64,000 bases of DNA from Vicugna vicugna (lineage: Eukaryota): assembly GCA_013265495.1 (NCBI GenBank), contig MU057560.1, forward strand, positions 880,753 to 944,752. Direction: 5' to 3'. Below are positions 1 through 11,788 of the stretch, one piece after another. A program made the translations under genes and the position numbers. The notes under the pieces were generated by a model. The model was not told the DNA's origin, did no database searches, and worked only from the letters and a program-made list of their open reading frames with translations. How positions within the stretch are numbered: the first letter of the stretch is position 1; each line of letters begins with the position of its first letter.

Positions 1-572
1 CAGAGCCACCGTGGGGACATGTTCCCGATGCGGGTCCCAGGGCCCACTCTGGGCCCCTGGGACTGGATCCATCCGGGCTAATGGCTGGACGACCAGGAGG
101 CCGGGCGGACAGCCCAGGAGGCACGCTGGTGAGAAGCCTCCGGGTTTTTTTATGTCGTCTAAGTTCACAAACAGACGGATGGGGGAAGAGTCCCGGTTCA
201 AGGGCAGCCTGGTCTCAGGCACAGCGAGCATGTGCTTGCTCTCCCTGGATGTCCCGTCACACCTAACCCTCGCCACAGCTCCAGGGTGGAGCGGTGCTTT
301 AATCTCAGCTTTGCCCACGAGCACGGCAGGGCCGGGCAGGGCCACGCAGGGCCACGCAACGTGCCCTCTAGAGCTGAGGCTGAACGTCAGGCCTCCGGCT
401 TAGAATCCTCGTCCTCTACTCCCTCCCAAGTGAAGGTTAAACACAAGAGAACTGCAGCGGCAGAATAAATGAGTAATTCCCGGAAGTGCATTCAAACGCC
501 CCGATGTACTTTTCTTTCTGCGGGTCTCTGTCTCTCGCTACGAAGTACCACACACTGGTCAGGCTGTCTCAC

Positions 573-672
573 CAACATAGGAATCCCGCATGGACGCACT
601 GGTGGAATTGGGGGCAGCGGCAGCGGCAGTGAGTGAGTCTCACTTCCCGTAGGTAAGGCTCAGCCGTTTCGC
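573..672 (-). other. SORBS2: Internal 100-nt exon (5' leader / alternatively coding); contains ATG at 591-589 (MRDSYV + phase-1 G)
   Basis: Acceptor ctctttattcttcctctttctag|GCGAAA (AG at 674-673) and donor TGTTG|gtgaga (GT at 572-571). Confidence 0.7.
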
Positions 673-1161
673 CTAGAAAGAGGAAGAATAAAGAGCAGCG
701 AAGTTTGACTTTTGCAGACAACTCGGTTTGAACTGAAAGTGAACTCCCCCTCAAATCAAACTCTAGAAATTGATTTCTCCCTGGGGGGAGAAAAACATGC
801 TTTTGCATTGCATTGGCTTGTAGAAAGAAATGTATTAAACACGATCGATTTGAAAACGATGCTGTGCTCTTGACGGCCTGGGAGTCAACGCTGGGCTGCG
901 CAGGAGAAGTTCGGGGAAATGCGTGGCACCGTTCACTCAGTGGACACCTTTTGAAGTCCTGCTTTGTGGCAGGCGCGTCTCTCTGACAATTTTCTACACC
1001 GTGGATCCAAGTTTCCGGGTGAGTCAGAAGTTAAAGAAATGCACATGCTCAGCTTCACAAGCAAAGATGCAGGACGTGGAAGTGTGCTCCATTACTTTTG
1101 TAGGCAGATCGTCCCTGGTGGAGTGGAGCCTGTGCTCTGGAGCCCAGCACTGCGCAGGTGA

Positions 1162-1403
1162 TTTTTTTTTTAACTGAAGTACAATCAGTTACACTGTGTC
1201 AGTTTCTGGTGTGCAGCACAGGGTCCCAGTCATCACAGGGTCCCAGTCATGCATGTATATGTGTATTCATTTTCCTATTCTTTTCTTTTAAAGGTTATTA
1301 TAAGATATTGAATATAGTTCCCTATGCTCTACAGAAGAAATCTTGTTTTTTATCTGTTTTTGTATATAGTGGTTAACACTTGCAAATCTCAAACTCCCAA
1401 ATC
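1162..1403 (-). mobile_element. 5'-truncated LINE-1 3' end (camelid-type)
   Basis: Poly-T then L1 3'UTR (aactgaagtac...atattgaatatagttccc...gcaaatctcaaactccc); TSD gcaggtgatt at 1154-1163 and 1408-1417. Confidence 0.9.
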
Positions 1404-2310
1404 AGGGGCAGGTGATTGAACCAGGGAGATGGCCCTGTATTCAAGTTAGCGAAATAAATATTCTAGAACCTGGGAACATCCGGGAGGGAGCCACCCACCG
1501 TGCCCTGGAAGAGGATTTGTGGGCGGACAGGAAAGGTGTGCTCAGGGAGGTGACGGTGGAGGGGCAGCTGGGACAGAGGAGGTGACGGTGGCTGGGTTGG
1601 AGGGAACGGGTGGCGCGGGAGGCGGTGTGATGCAGTCAGCCATTGCCCAGAAGGCTGGTTTGTCCTGAGGGGGGGGGGTGGGGGGGAAAGGTGAAGAGGG
1701 GGACGCCCTGCTGTGGGACACCAGGGGCCAGTCAGCGGGAGAGCAAGAGAGGGCAGAGAGGGGGTTGTGGAGGTCTGTGTGTGCCCTGCCCGGGGACCTG
1801 GACGTCAGCCTGCAGGTGGTGAGGAGCCCCAGCGTGGCCGCGGCGTCCTGCCGCTTCTCCCCCGGCAGCTCGGACACGGGCCACACGCACACTCCAGGCC
1901 TCGGCGCGGTCTGTCAGCCGGCCAGTCGGACGTTAAGATGAAGGTCAGGAGGTGGTGAAGCGGAAGACGCCTGCCTGTCCCGGTACCGCTCTGCGCACGG
2001 ACGGCCCTGGGACCTTAGGCTACTGCGGGATATTTCAAACATTGTCCAAGTTCCTCTTCAGAGGGAGAAATTCTCACGAACCCCTTGCTAACTTAGAATG
2101 GGCCGTATATGCCAACACAGCCAAGGTCCCCCGTAGCGACTGTGGTCGCAGCCTGTAACTACAGAGCGTGGACACATAAGCGCGGGAAAGCAACAACGCC
2201 GACAGCGCTCAAGCCGGCAAGCGTCCTCGGGAGCGCCGCGCCGCTGAGACGGGCGCCAAGGCGGGCTCCCAGGGAAGCTGTATGTTCCACAGCCCGCCTG
2301 TTCGACTTAC

Positions 2311-2358
2311 TCTTTTGCTTTTTGGTGTAACGTTCTCGTAAGTCACAAATTCACACAA
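2311..2358 (-). CDS. SORBS2: Internal 48-nt frame-preserving exon; only phase-0 frame is open (LCEFVTYENVTPKSKR); possibly a uORF or alternative N-terminal coding exon
   Basis: Acceptor atttcacagcacccttgcag|TTGTGT and consensus donor AGA|gtaagt. The other two frames hit TGA. Exon status is better supported than coding status. Confidence 0.55.
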
Positions 2359-2544
2359 CTGCAAGGGTGCTGTGAAATATGTAACGTGCAGGGGCTGGCT
2401 TTGGTAAGGCCCGAGGCCGCGCAATCTGGGGGACCTTCTCTGAGGAAACGGATCCAACACTGTTAACACAAGTGCTGTGGAGAGAACTGTCGCCTGGGGA
2501 AGACCCTGCAGCTCAGATGCAGCCACTTCCCCGTAAACCCATCT

Positions 2545-3188
2545 ATTTTGTTGTTGTTGTTTTTTTGTATAGATCTTTTATTTTATTTTTATTGAAGTGC
2601 AGTTGATTTACAAGGTTGTGTTAATTCTGGCGTACAGCACAGTGATTCAGTGATACATCTGTGTGTGTTCTTTTTCCAATTCTTTTCCATTATAGCTCAT
2701 TACAAGATATTGAATGTTCCCTATGCTCTACAGTAGGGCCTTGTTGTTTATCTAGTTTATATAAAGTAGTGTGTATACGTTAATTCCAAACTCCTAATTT
2801 ATCCCTCCCCCACCTTTCCCGTTTGTTAACCAGAAGTTTGTTTTCTACGTCTGAGTCTGTTCCTGTTTTATAAATATGTTCATTTGTAACGTTCTTTAGA
2901 TTTCACATGTGATGTCATACTCCTGGGCATCTATCCAGAGAAAATACTAATTTGAAAAGATACAGGCACCCCAGTGTTCATAGCAGCACTGTTTACAATA
3001 GGCAAGACATGGAAGCAACTTAAATGTCCATCAACAGGTGATAAGGTAAAGAAGTTGTGGTATATTTATACAATGGAATACTACTCGGCCATAAAAAAGA
3101 ATAAAATAATGCCATTTGCAGCAACATGGATAGATCTAGAGGTGATCATACTGAGTGAAGTAAGTCAGATAGAGAAAGAGAAATACAT
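2545..3188 (-). mobile_element. LINE-1 with 5' inversion (3'UTR on minus 2545-~2920; ORF2 C-terminus on plus ~2920-3188)
   Basis: ORF 2974 translates as the L1 ORF2 C-terminus (MFIAALFTI...KCPS...[15 protein letters not shown]...PFAATW.DLE...LSEVSQ). The adjacent 3'UTR is in the opposite orientation. Partial TSD ccatct at 2539 and 3189. Confidence 0.9.
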
Positions 3189-5141
3189 CCATCTTCTTAA
3201 GAATTGGGCACATCACCCCTGGCACATGACAGGTGCTTATTTCGTTATTAGTGCTGTGGACTTGCCCTTGAAACCATGCAAGATCTTGGCTGCAGTGACA
3301 TCAGAGGGGCTGGAATTAACCAGTGCTCTCTCCCAGGCGTCCCCACTGAATAGGTGCTTGTTCCACCAGAATTCTTGTGAACAAAGCAACTTAACCATTT
3401 AGAGCAAAATGACCTAATACATTAAAGTGGTCGATACAACCTAAAAATTGGTCAGTGTTCCCCGGGAAGAGGGCGTGCATCAGTGCCAGAGGTTGCTCTG
3501 GCGACGCACGTGGACACAGTCAGTCTTGGTAAGTGCATCCCTGAAGTCCTCATCTGTGCTTTCCCACTGCTGTGACCTTGATTGTCATCAGATATCTGCA
3601 GATGGATTTATTTTAAGAGCTGTGTGCCAGAAGGTGCCAAGACTTGGTATTCGTGTTGACATCCACTCGTGACGGGCATGTGTCTGAGCGATGTAGCCCT
3701 GGGGTCCTATTTTAATTTTAATGGTGCCTCTTTGGTTATAAATAAAATATGGATCACACATTTTCTAGAATTACTTAATGTCATCAGCAAGCGACAGTCA
3801 ATAGAATCTGGAGCATAATGCCACGATGGTATCATTCCTATTAAAAACAGAGTCAAATATTTAAATAAAAAACACATTGATATGCCTCTTAAGCCACGTC
3901 TGAGAGACCTACGTAGCTTCCCAGTAATAAGTCTGCAAACATGTGCTTGAGAGTCAATATTCTGGACACACAGATCAGCTCTTATCTCCTGCAGCCCAGC
4001 TGGGTCTTCAACAAACAAGGCAATGAGATGCTGCTGGAGGTGACCACGAAGGATGCAGGAGAAAAGGAGGCTTGTCTTTGTTAGATTCCACCCGGAGGGC
4101 TGCCCCGCAGTGCCAGCCGTACAAGTTCACGGAGAAGGTGCGTCTTTGCCCAAGGCTCTCTACGTGTTCTGTTCACACAGAGGGATGGGCAGACAGGCCG
4201 TCCCCTAGCTGACGGCTAGTACGCAGAGGTGTGGAATGCTGGCGGTCTAGCCAGTGCCAGGAGGAGCCGCTGGAATCCAGGAGGATAAATAAATCGGGCA
4301 GAGAGACAGCGGCTCTGCACCAGGAAGGGGAAAGCTCAGTGCCCCGGGGTGCCGTTGACGCAGAAAGCCCCAGCACAGCCGAGGGGGGCTGGAGTGTCCA
4401 TAAAGGGGGAAATAAAGACAAACAGGAAGCTGAGGTGCTGAGGGAGAAGATGAAAGAGGGGGATGAGAAGAAAGGAGGCTATAAAACAAGCCACGAGAGA
4501 AAACGGGGGGCCAAGGCAGTTACAAAAGGCGTTAACTAGGTCTGACCCGGAATGGCGGTGAAGGAAAGAATTCGGAATTAGGCCATTTTGAATCGTTGCT
4601 GCAGCTACCGACCTCTGCGCAGCGACGGGATGGATGTGCTCGGACCTAAAGTCTGTGACACCGGGCCCTGCACCCCCTTTCCTTTTGAGGTAACCCGGGC
4701 GCTTTGGGGGTTCGACTTTGCTTGCTCGTCTGTGTTTGGAAGGACATGAGAGAAGAAAGGAGAATTTAATTACTGGACTTGGGCAGATGAATGCATTTCC
4801 AGCTTTTTTTTCTTTGCAATTATTTAAAGATAATAAAAAAAATCAAAGAGATTCCACACTCTTTCCCACTGCCACTCTGGAAGATTAAATCATGTGTCTC
4901 AGCAAGATGAATACATTCAATTTCACCCTGGGAAGAAGAAAAAAATCTGCTTTTTGCATGGACAGTAAGGAAACAATTGTATGAAGGACTGAGATGTTTA
5001 ATAGCGACTAAATACTTCAAGCAATCATCCTTTTGTGTTGTGTATGTAAGCACATATAAAACGTTTATACCCTGGTCCGTTTATGTCCAACATTGTCTAA
5101 TAAATGTGGCTTATGGTGGGGGGAGACGGCGAGGGGGGCAG

Positions 5142-5414
5142 TTATCTACCTGGGTGTGACCTCCATTATGCTTGGAAAGGTGGCCGCCCGGTCGCAGGCT
5201 TCAGATAATGAACTGCATAAAACAAGGCTTAACTCACTGTTCGCAGCTTTATCTCAAACTAGACAGGCTGCAGCAGCATTTACATTTCAAAACACGGATT
5301 TACACCAAATATTCAGATAAGCTTGAGGGCACCTGCTTTTCTAGCCTTTGCAAAGAGTATCTGTGCCTTTTTCCAAGAAGGCGGCCCAGGCCTGTCTTAT
5401 CACCCAGTAAATAA
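5142..5414. promoter_or_regulatory. GATA-site cluster, candidate enhancer
   Basis: Five WGATAA sites (5142, 5203, 5249, 5315, 5397), T-box-like GGTGTGA (5153-5159), FOX-like GTAAATAA (5407-5414). Confidence 0.45.
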
Positions 5415-5659
5415 TGAGTGTGTCTGCAGAGGCAGAGGGGTAAGACTCAGGGGCGAGGGGCCGGGGAGCTGGGAAGTCAAGAGGTGATGCTCTTGCAACT
5501 TACGGGAGCCTTAGGGTTGGAATCCTCGCTGGGCCACCTTGTTAGCTGGTTTGTTTCTTAACCCGTTTCCAGACGCTGAAGAGGGAGGGGAGGGGAGGGG
5601 AAGGAAGGGAGGGGTGCATCGGGAGCCGGGCTCAGCCTTGCTGCTTCCCTCCTGCCCTG

Positions 5660-6720
5660 CGACCTGCACGCAGGAGAGCGGGGCTTGACCGCACGGCTGG
5701 TCTGGGCTGGCCCGCGGCCGCCCTGCGCGTTCTGTTGCAGCTCTACCCTTCCTCCTCTTCAGGGCCCCCTTCCCATCGCCAAGACGTCCTCCTGAAAGAG
5801 CTCGGACTTTCCATACAGCCCTGAGTTCCAATCTCTCTTTGGCTCTGTGAATCTCACTCTGCACCTGGCCTGGTGCGCTGGCCCTCACTGTTGCCACGTG
5901 TAAAGCGCGGCTGCTCACACTTGCCTCCAGAGCTGTTGTGAAGATGGAGTCAGTGAAGAACGAAGGCGGGATGGCTGAGTAGGAGGCGCCCATTCCCCGA
6001 GAGGGGGCGCTACCCGGCAGGGCGTGGGCTGGCCCGGCAGCCGCCGCCGCCGAAGGCAGCTTGGATCCTCACTTCCTGTGGCACACCGGCCTCAGGGCCG
6101 CGCAGCCCGTTCGAGCAGGGCGCAGAAGACCGAGTCTCGGTGCAGCAGAGCCCGCAGGAGGGATGGGCCAATGGGCGAGGCCGCCCGAGACCTCAAGCTG
6201 CTTCTCACCGAGGCATGAGCAAGCCGAGCTGCCTGGATCTCAGGGGAACCCCGCGGCTGTGAGCCTCCCCCAAGCTTCCGAAATCAACGTGCTAAGGCTC
6301 AGCGGCGGGTGAGTGTCGGGCCCCAGAGCTGCCCTGAGCAGCCCGCCCGGGCCAGCCTCGCAGACAGCGCTGGGAGGGCGCGGGGCGGGCTCCTGGGTCC
6401 CTTACGGCGCCTGGAAGGCGCTAATGGTCTCCCGTGGGATTCTCTTGGCTAACGCTTGTTTCTGTCTGGAGCCTTGGCTGTGAAGTTACAAATGCTGCTG
6501 TGGTCTGATTGAGACCAACCTCAAGGCCAGCCTTGCGGCAAGCAGGAGAGGAAACGGCATGAACAAACACGTGGAGGTCGAGGAGCGAGAGGGAGCGGGG
6601 CTGGGGGAGCGGCCGGGGGCTGCTCTGAGCTGCTGCTTCTGCTCGGCGACTCGGCCCACTTCTCCTTCGAGACCTCGGGCTGCGCTGGCCCCACACCGTG
6701 ACCTCCTCCGACTGCCATTA
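5660..6720. promoter_or_regulatory. GC/CpG-rich segment with CTCF-like motif at 5996-6012
   Basis: High CpG density; CCCGAGAGGGGGCGCTA resembles the CTCF core GCCACCAGGGGGCGCTA. Confidence 0.4.
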
Positions 6721-7573
6721 GGACTCTCGAGGGTATGTCTTATGCCTGTTTGATGGAGGGAAACAAATGGGAGAGCAGAGGGATCCAAAAATGGCTCCCA
6801 CACCTAGGAAAAAGGGAAGCTTCCTCCGGGGCGCGGGTCACCTGGCCCTGCGGCCCAGTGTCCCCCGTCGGCCTCCCTCTTCCTCTCCTGGGGTCCTTCG
6901 GCCACCAGGGCCCTTAGCATTCAAAGGTATCGTATGACCCTGGAAACATGAGTGGCATTCCCTTATCCGCGGCGTCGCTGTGGCAGGTTAGCTGGGCACA
7001 CGTGGGCTCCGTACACGTGTATGAGGCTGCCGTGAGGGACACTGCGGGGGACGGAGGGGAGGACATCAGAGCTGTTCCTTGAGCGGGTGCCCCTCTTCCA
7101 GCCCCCCCAACAGAGCCAGCACACCTGCGGGCCATGGGGGGAGGCGGCCCACGGCGCCTGGGAGCGCGGCCTGGTTCAGGCAGAGGCAGACGCCGCCATC
7201 TGGGTGTGGCTGTGCTGAGCCCAGGCCAGGCCACAGGGAAGAGGCCCTGGGAAGTGTCCGCTGGTGGAGGATTTTGACAAGCACATACGAGGGGTGAGAG
7301 GGAGGCCTCAAAGGAAGCAAAAACAGGGACAAATCAAGGGCCGGGGGACACGTTCGGAGAACAGAAGCCCTGGGAAGCTGAACTTTGTTTTTTATTTTTT
7401 TTCCATACTGTGGAACAATCTTTTTAAATAATATTCGCAATTTGTAAAATTAAATGTAACATTCTTACTGAGTCATACAGTTTGAATTGGAAAAGTTTTG
7501 CACCCATGCAGGCCACCCCTGCTAATTATAGTTACTAATATTCAGTATCATCCCCTGGCTATTTTAAATGGTA

Positions 7574-7715
7574 CACACACAGACACACACTCACGGACAC
7601 ACACAGACACACGGACAGATACACACACAGACACACACCAACACGTACACCCTCACAGACGCACAGACACACACACACACAAACACATAAACTCACAGAC
7701 ACAGGCACTCACACA
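7574..7715. repeat. Complex (CA)/(CAGA) microsatellite
   Basis: Read directly from the sequence. Confidence 0.9.
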
Positions 7716-8285
7716 TCACAGTGAACGCCCCAGCTCCATCTTGCTCTGGACCGCAGGATCCAGGACCCGACGCCCGATCCAACAGCCGAGGCTGTGAGCG
7801 GCAGAAAGTCACCTAAGCCGCGGGGAGACGCAAAGGCTCTGCGTGAGCCTCGTCCCGAAGGGAGAAAGGAAAATATTATTCTGTTCTCGCCTGAAACCAC
7901 GGTGTGTTCTTGCACACTGAGTGCACAGCTCCGTCTGGTGTCTCCTCCTGACAGCGTTTACAACAGAGGAGAGGATTGGGGGCGTGGGGGCCGCCACAAT
8001 GTCAGCGTCTCGGGGAGGAGAGACCACGGCCACCCCGCAGGCCCCTCTGTGCCCGGGGCCCTGCCAAGTGTTTGTCACACAAAACCCCTTCCTGCTCAGA
8101 GGGCTGCTGGCAGCTCCCTGCCGCATTCCGCGGACGCCAGCTACAGAGAAATGTAGGCACAAAAAAGGAGATTTAGGGTGGAGTATCCTCACTGTCGGGG
8201 AACGTAGTAGGCCTGGAAGTGCTTGAACTTGGCACTGTTTCCAGACACCCATCCTTCACCACCACGATGTGCTCCTACACGTGGG

Positions 8286-8738
8286 TATGAGGGCCTTGCA
8301 GCTGCCGTAACACAACACCACAAACTGGGGGGCTTCAAACAATGGGCCTTTATTCTCTCACAGTTCTGGAGGCCAAACGTCCAACACCAAGGTGTCGGCA
8401 GGGCCACGGTTCCTCTGAGACCTGGAAGGGAGGGTCCAGGACCCAGTCTTCCGGCTCCTGGAGCTTTGCTGGCTCTCCTCGGCTTCATGGGCTGGTAGCT
8501 GTGTCCCTCTGGTCTCCGCCGCCTCTGTGCGTGGCCTCTCCCTGTGTCTCTGACTTCACGTGGCCGTTTTCTTAGAGGGACGTGGATTAGGGGATCCCTG
8601 AATCCACCCTCCCCCAGGATGGCAGAGTCTCAATTGTATCTGCACCCATCCGGTTTCCAAAGAAGGTCAGGACCTGGAAGTCCTGGAGGTTTACAGTTCA
8701 ACACACCATTGTGTGGAGGACACAGTTCAGGCCATAAG
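8286..8738 (-). mobile_element. MLT1 (MaLR) LTR
   Basis: gctgccgtaaca...caccacaaactgggggg...tttattctctcacagttctggaggcc...caaggtgtcggcagggcc...ggacacagttca.gccataa. Confidence 0.85.
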
Positions 8739-8793
8739 GACAAGTTATACTTGTTAGCGACTTATGGTGTTCAGATCTGCAGAGGGAAAAAAA

Positions 8794-8804
8794 AATATAT
8801 ATAT

Positions 8805-8843
<39 letters not shown>

Positions 8844-9011
8844 GATAAAGTTTCTGGATGAATAATTTCAGGTAAAGGAAAACTGAGCTGTATAGAGCTT
8901 CACAATACACACACATATATATATATATATACACACATATATATATATTTAGATAAAGTTTCTGGATGAATAATTTCAGGTAAAGGAAAACTGAGCTGTA
9001 TAGAGCTTCAC
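8794..9011. repeat. (TA)n/(CA)n microsatellite with an exact 63-bp direct duplication (8841-8903 = 8949-9011)
   Basis: Read directly from the sequence. Confidence 0.95.
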
Positions 9012-11089
9012 TCTCGTTCAGTACTGGGTGGAAAATAACAGAGGCCACACAAATTATTATTTGCTTAAAATTAATTGAAAATAAACCTGGTACTGAGGGT
9101 GTCTGTGTCTCCCTCTCCCAGCTCTGCATCGTCCTCCGCTGACCTGTCTTCCTCTCTCTCCTGGGGCAGCTCTTCATCCTTGGTGTGTGTCCCACACTTT
9201 CCCCTGGGCCGGGTGTGTGCCGGGCACTCAACACACAGGGCTCAGAACTGACCAGTTTCACGGGGCCACGTACAAACTTGGCGCTCGAGTCTGATGTTCC
9301 TAAAAACAAAATGTTTTAATTGAAAGACACTTCCACACAGTGCCCCCCGGGCATAACGCCCAGCTGCAAACCTATTTTGCAGCGGGGAATGTTCAGTGGG
9401 TTCTCAGAGACCCCCGGGGGGCGGAGGCTGGCTCTCACACGCCGACAGAGCTGTTCCCGTCGCATCACGCGTCTCCTGAGATCAGGGCGGAAACAAACGT
9501 GATGTTCTTGGCCTCAGTGCAACTATGAGCACCTTCGCTCTGGAGATGCCCTGGCTGGACTGCTTTATTTAGGAGCTCCCGGCTGTGGGGCTGCCCCGGG
9601 GCTCTGCCTTTTCAAGTAACCTCTGAATTCTTAAGGTACAATTAGTGAACAGCATTGGCACGTCCCGCAGGGTGTGGAGCCTATTTTAAAATGGTGCCTT
9701 CAGGGTAGGGAGCCCGGCTTTGGTTATCCTGGGACCTCGGAGCAGAAACCCCAAATGTGACTGGTGAACGTCTTAGCAGGACTGTGGGCAGCAGTCTGCA
9801 CACTTCCTTGGCTGTGGGAGACGCTCTAATTGCCCTTCTCCACATGACTGTGTGCACCAGACACGTTAAGTTTCACCTTATCTGACAAATGCCATGTAGC
9901 TCCTCCTGTGTGCTGGGGGCTGGGCGCCATTCTGAGAACCTCTTTCTCCAGGGGAGGAAATCTTGCTGAGTCTGACCCCTGCCTCGAGTTAGTTACAGAG
10001 ACCCCGGTTATCCGTCAGCCCCGTTTAACTTAGTTTGACATAATACTCAAACATTCACAGACACAGCTGTGTCACCCCTAGGAGGTGACACCTCTTCTCT
10101 CTCTAAGTGACGGTACCCGTCCCTTGATCCAGTTGCCACGACTCTGGGCCAAACTTCCCCGACAGCTCCCAGTTTCACTGGGCTCATGAGTCTGCAGTGT
10201 GGGTGGGGGTCACAGGGAGTGCCCCTCTCTGCTCTCCGGGGCATCGCTGGGGACTGTCAAAGCCTGTGACCATCTGCAGACCACTCTCTCGCCCTCCTGG
10301 GTGGATGCTGACTGGCTGACCCGTTAGCCGGGCCTGGGCCAGGACACCTCCGTGTGGCCTCTGTGCCGTCCCAGCTTGCTCGCAGCACGGCGGCCGGTCC
10401 CCAGGGTGAGTTCGCCCAGAGCGACCCCAGCGGCTGCCGCGCCACCTTCTGAGCGCCGCCTGCGAGGAACGTGGGCGCCCTGGTAGCGCGTTTCTTGCTG
10501 TGGTCCCAGCTTCCAGTTTCCCTGGGAGAGGACGTGGAGGCCAGCTCTTGTCAGGGCTCCTCGAAGTTCTGAAAGAACAGGAGACTGGAACCCCCTCCGT
10601 GGTCCTTTAGAGAAATGTCGTCTCTCCCAGGGCTGAGGGTTAAGTTGATGCACCCAGTACGTGCCCTGTGCTTTCGGCTCTGTTCGCATTTAGACACAAG
10701 ACAAGCATTTCCTTTGCTGATTTTATCTTTGCGTTTTCCTTCAGCGTGGAGGCTTGTTTTTTTCACATTTAATCAGCCTTTGATGCCCCACTGCCACCTT
10801 TCCTGTTACCTTAATTTGAATATCTAATGTTCAACAACAAAAACGTTCTGAGTTTCTGTTTTGATAAACCCTCTCTTTTTCTTCATCTTCCTTCTCAGCT
10901 ATCCCAGAAATCACCACTACTACTTGTAGGCAGAAAACTGAGTCCAGGAGAGAAGGGACACAGGGAGTCGGGGGAAGAATTCAGCTAGAATCTCACTTCT
11001 CAACACGTCAGTGTTTCTCCCACCCATCCCTAATTCCAACTTCCTTGCTCTAAACAGGGCTGACCCGGGCATTTCTGAAGCCCCTTAAA

Positions 11090-11213
11090 CCAATCAATCA
11101 ATTGATCAATCATTTAATCAATCAACGGATCAATCAACCTATCATGGAATAATCTCAACTGGGGCTTACACTGCAATTTTCAGTGTGCAGCCTACAGACA
11201 GACAGACAGACAG
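11090..11213. repeat. (AATC)n and (CAGA)n simple repeats
   Basis: Read directly from the sequence. Confidence 0.8.
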
Positions 11214-11254
11214 CAGGAAGCAGTCTTCCTTTGCTGCTGTGGGAAACAAGCTTT

Positions 11255-11788
11255 ATTAATTTATTTTTTTAAATTTTGCTTTTTATTGAAGTGTAGTTGA
11301 TTTACAATGTTAGTTTCAGGTGTACAGCAAAGTGATACAGTTGTATGTATACATACGTCCATATACTTTTTCAGAATCTTTTCCATTATAGCTCATTACA
11401 ACAAATTGAATATAGTTCCCTGTACTATACAGTAGATCCTTGTTTATCTATTTTATATATAGTAGTGTGTATCTGTTAATTCCAAACTCTAATGGATAAA
11501 GAAGATATGGTGTGTGTGTATATACATATGTATTTATGTATATATAAAATGGAATATTACTCAGCCATAAAAAGGATGAATATTGCCATTTGCAGCAACA
11601 TGGATGGACCTAGAGATGATCATACTAAGTGAAGTAAGACAGAGTAAGACAAATATCATAGGATGTCACCACTTATATGTGGAATCTAAAAAAGATACAA
11701 CATTTATTTACATACCAGAAACAGACTTATGGACATAGAAAACAAACTATGGTTACTAAAGGGGAAAAGGGGGGAGGGATAAGTTAGG
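11255..11788 (-). mobile_element. LINE-1 with 5' inversion (minus 11255-~11490, plus ~11491-11788)
   Basis: Same L1 3'UTR motifs. The plus segment ends at gggataagttagga, which in L1 abuts the start of the minus segment. Degenerate TSD ggaaaca at 11242 and 11787. Confidence 0.9.

Noticed and set aside
2974..3402. 142-aa ORF as a host gene
   Set aside because: The first ~70 aa are the L1 ORF2 C-terminus from an inverted L1 fragment; the rest is read-through into flank.
8698..9309. 203-aa ORF with an internal repeat
   Set aside because: The repeat is the 63-bp duplication plus (TA)n microsatellite, and the ORF ends in an MLT1 LTR.
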